DNA of 63,278 nucleotides, filler included, from Reclinomonas americana ATCC 50394 (lineage: Eukaryota), in assembly GCA_048213135.1 (NCBI GenBank). It is 14 parts of 14 records of this genome, joined end to end, with 100 filler letters (N's around TTAATTAATTAA, not from the genome) between each part and the next. Parts side by side here need not be neighbours in the genome. Positions count along the whole stretch, not along the records: positions 60,415 to 61,567 come from AFZH01017066.1; positions 61,668 to 63,278 come from AFZH01017072.1; 12 more parts are not named here. One strand, written 5' to 3'. Below the pieces are notes generated by a model. It saw only the letters and a program-made list of their open reading frames with translations. It made no database searches and had not been told where the DNA came from. The translations under genes and the position numbers were made by a program. Each line of letters starts with the position of its first letter. Position 1 is the stretch's first letter. Below, piece after piece: positions 60,937 to 63,278 of the stretch.

Positions 60937-61513
60937 CTGGTCACCCACCATCCTGTACATTGTGCAAAACGAGCTGGAGGGCGTCTTCAATTTTTACGAC
61001 GACAGCCGCGAGCGCTTCTACCACTCCAAGCTCTTCCGCTTGGTGCGCCACGCCACCCTCCGCATGCAGGACGACCTGCGTGTGCTGGTCTACGACTCGA
61101 CCGATGCGTACGTGGCCTTCCTCTCGCGCATGAACGACAAGGCGTCGGTGATGTATGCCTTTGCCGACGACGAATTCATCACGGAGCCCGTCATTCGGCC
61201 ACCACTGCTCACCACCAAGATTGTCGTGCACGGCGACACGCTGGCGTTCCAACCGTCGTTTGCCGAGATTATGGACGAGCTGTTGGCACTGATCGAGTGC
61301 TACGTGGCGGAGTCAAAGACCGTGCCGCAGGTTGGTTGTGGGAGCGAGGGGTGATGTTGTGGATGACGTGGCGTTTCACTCATCACATTGCTTTTTTGCA
61401 GATCCTGCCGCCGCTGATGATTCTCCTGAATCTGGAGGAGGCGTACCTGCCAGGCGTGGAGATCTCCGACGTGCACATTGTGGCCGCCATGGAGGAGATT
61501 CGTGGCATTGTCG
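60937..61513 (+). CDS. Axonemal inner-arm dynein heavy chain N-terminal stem fragment (DNAH1-like), partial
   Basis: FNFYDDSRERFYHSKLFRLV...MQDDLRVLVYDS...PPLL...AFQPSF...KTVPQ|ILPPLM resembles the stem of single-headed inner-arm dyneins (recognised from memory; the motor domain is not in the window). Confidence 0.6.
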
Positions 61514-61789
61514 GTGCGTGCCGCCACCCACAGTGTGGAGAACTTCTTTGTCTCTCTCTCTCTCTCTNNNNNNNNNNNNNNNNNNNNNNNNNNNNNNNNN
61601 NNNNNNNNNNNTTAATTAATTAANNNNNNNNNNNNNNNNNNNNNNNNNNNNNNNNNNNNNNNNNNNNCGAACGAGAGAAGAGACGAGAGACGAGACGAGA
61701 CGAGAGAGAGAGACGAGAGAGAGAGAGAAAGAGAGAGAGAGGGAGAGGGGAGAGAGAGAGAGAGAGAGAGTTGGAGAGAGGCCAGCCAC

Positions 61790-63001
61790 ACCATAGGAGA
61801 CCACTTGCGGATCGACAAGAAGAAATAGGAACGATTACGTACGCACAATGCTTCAATATACCTCTGACACATACAAGTCGCCGTTCGACGCATCAATGTC
61901 GACGCCATTTGGACTGCAAAAGGAGGTCAACATAGATGAGTTATCACCGTGCAAGTCTCCGCAACGACTGTGAATTTCGAAAGTACTCACTTGCGAAACA
62001 AGGCAGCTCCAGAATCTCCATCGACGAATCCAGGAGAGCCAGGTTTACCAGCAACACTAGTCACCACGCCAGTTTGTGACACCATGCGAATCATGTGATT
62101 TCTGCACCACAACGCGGCGAGTCAGTATAAACGTCTACCGCAGGGTAAAAGCGAGATGGATACTTCGCAACTCAGTTGCAACATAGTAGTTTCCGGCAGC
62201 GTCCACAGCTCCGCGCTGAGGGTGGCAGAAGCACGTCAGCACAAAGGGTCACAAATTAACGAGGACGCAGAGCGCACACAAACACACACATTGGGGCGAG
62301 TGAAACGCGCGGCTGACCCAATGTCATCGACCCAACCAGACGAGCTGGGCAAGCCAGCGAGCAACGACACCGCGGGCAGCATGTCGAACGAGGTCAGCAC
62401 AAAGCTGCCGCCCGCATTGATGGATCCGCTCAACAACGCCGATGCGCTGTCGATTTGCGAGGATCCTACCGTGGTCACCGTGACAGCTGGAAGGCGCGAT
62501 TGTGAAACCAACAGCAGAGAGCATACACTTTCACACGTGGCCCACTCACCGAGTGTGGTAAATTTACGAGACGAAAACTTGTTGGTGGTGCCGGCAGAAG
62601 AAGGAGGCACTGCAATCCGTGAAAAAGAAAAGTGAGAAGAAACGAGCTGAATTCTGTCGCAGCCACGCATGACAATCCATCACCGTCTGCATCGGCGTGG
62701 GCGTCTGCAGGCACCACCTGCAACGACAAGACATCCTCGGCTACCAAGACGGCACCGCGAGTGGCACGCACACGCACATCCAGCGTCGCGTGCGACACCG
62801 GTCGGGAGAGCCACAATTGCTTGCGATTGGCAATCCGCACAGAAGCAGCGTCGGCTCCGCCAGTCACCGACCACGTGAGGTCGGTCGTGTCGCCATCAAG
62901 CTTGTCGGTGCTGTCGACATGCAGCGTGCCCAACGGCACAGACGGGCTCCACTTGCCGTCCTGATAACTCAGCGGTTCGAAGCGAATGGTGGCCACGGTG
63001 G
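61790..63001 (-). CDS. NHL-repeat protein with upstream cadherin/Ig-like module, partial at both ends
   Basis: Small exons: LLAGLPSSSGWVDDIGSAARFTRP, AVDAAGNYYVA, NHMIRMVSQTGVVTSVAGKPGSPGFVDGDSGAALF, PNGVDIDASNGDLYVSE; upstream exon LTWSVTGGADAASVRI...LDVRVRAT. Confidence 0.7.
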
Positions 63002-63278
63002 CTGGCGAGAGAGGAAAGGGGGGAAGGGAAAGGGTGAGGGGGGAAGGAAAAGGAAGAGGGGAGAGGAAGGGGGGAGAGGAAGGGGGAAGAGGGGAAGGGG
63101 GAAGAGGGGAGAGGGGGAAAGGGGAAGGGGGAAAGGGAAGGGGGAAGGGAAGGGGAAGGGAAAGGGAAGGGAGGAAGGGGAGGCGAGACGGGGAGGCGAG
63201 ACGGGGAGGCGAGACGGGGAGGAAAGGGAGGAGAAGGGAGGAGAGTGAAGGGGAAGGAGAAGAGAGAGAGAGAGAGAG

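Noticed and set aside
60430..61354. LLAS/PRFS/SLLS repeat proteins
   Set aside because: Translations of an intronic 12-bp minisatellite upstream of a clear splice acceptor.

Overview
Intron-rich eukaryotic genomic DNA, probably from a flagellated protist (it carries an axonemal-type dynein heavy chain fragment). It has GT-AG introns full of GA/CT/GTGA microsatellites and very short distances between convergent genes. The scaffold contains 13 artificial 100-bp joins (N44-TTAATTAATTAA-N44). Recognisable genes: a tail-fibre-like protein with a peptidase S74 chaperone domain, two EF-hand proteins, a spliced WD40 protein, TMEM260, PYROXD1, a membrane-anchored GNAT, ALG2, RWDD1/Gir2, LDAH, PPCDC, a secreted IPT/TIG protein, a paraoxonase-like protein, a Zn(II)2Cys6 transcription factor, a DNAH1-like fragment and an NHL-repeat protein. 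The standout is an ~11.4 kb head-to-tail array of at least 9 intronless genes. Each complete copy encodes one 7-bladed WD40 propeller that varies strongly at its ligand-face positions, plus a highly conserved C-terminal tail (CLPEMVLRCFI, F-box/cullin-box-like). This is a candidate diversifying receptor or ubiquitin-ligase adaptor repertoire. Other leads are a ~180-nt multi-hairpin structured RNA candidate at ~25.7-25.9 kb, serial duplication of a promoter plus signal-peptide cassette, several unrelated diverged tandem repeats with ~150-200 bp periods, and GA-rich 5' / CT-rich 3' polarity in long introns. All gene models were spliced by eye and no database searches were run.
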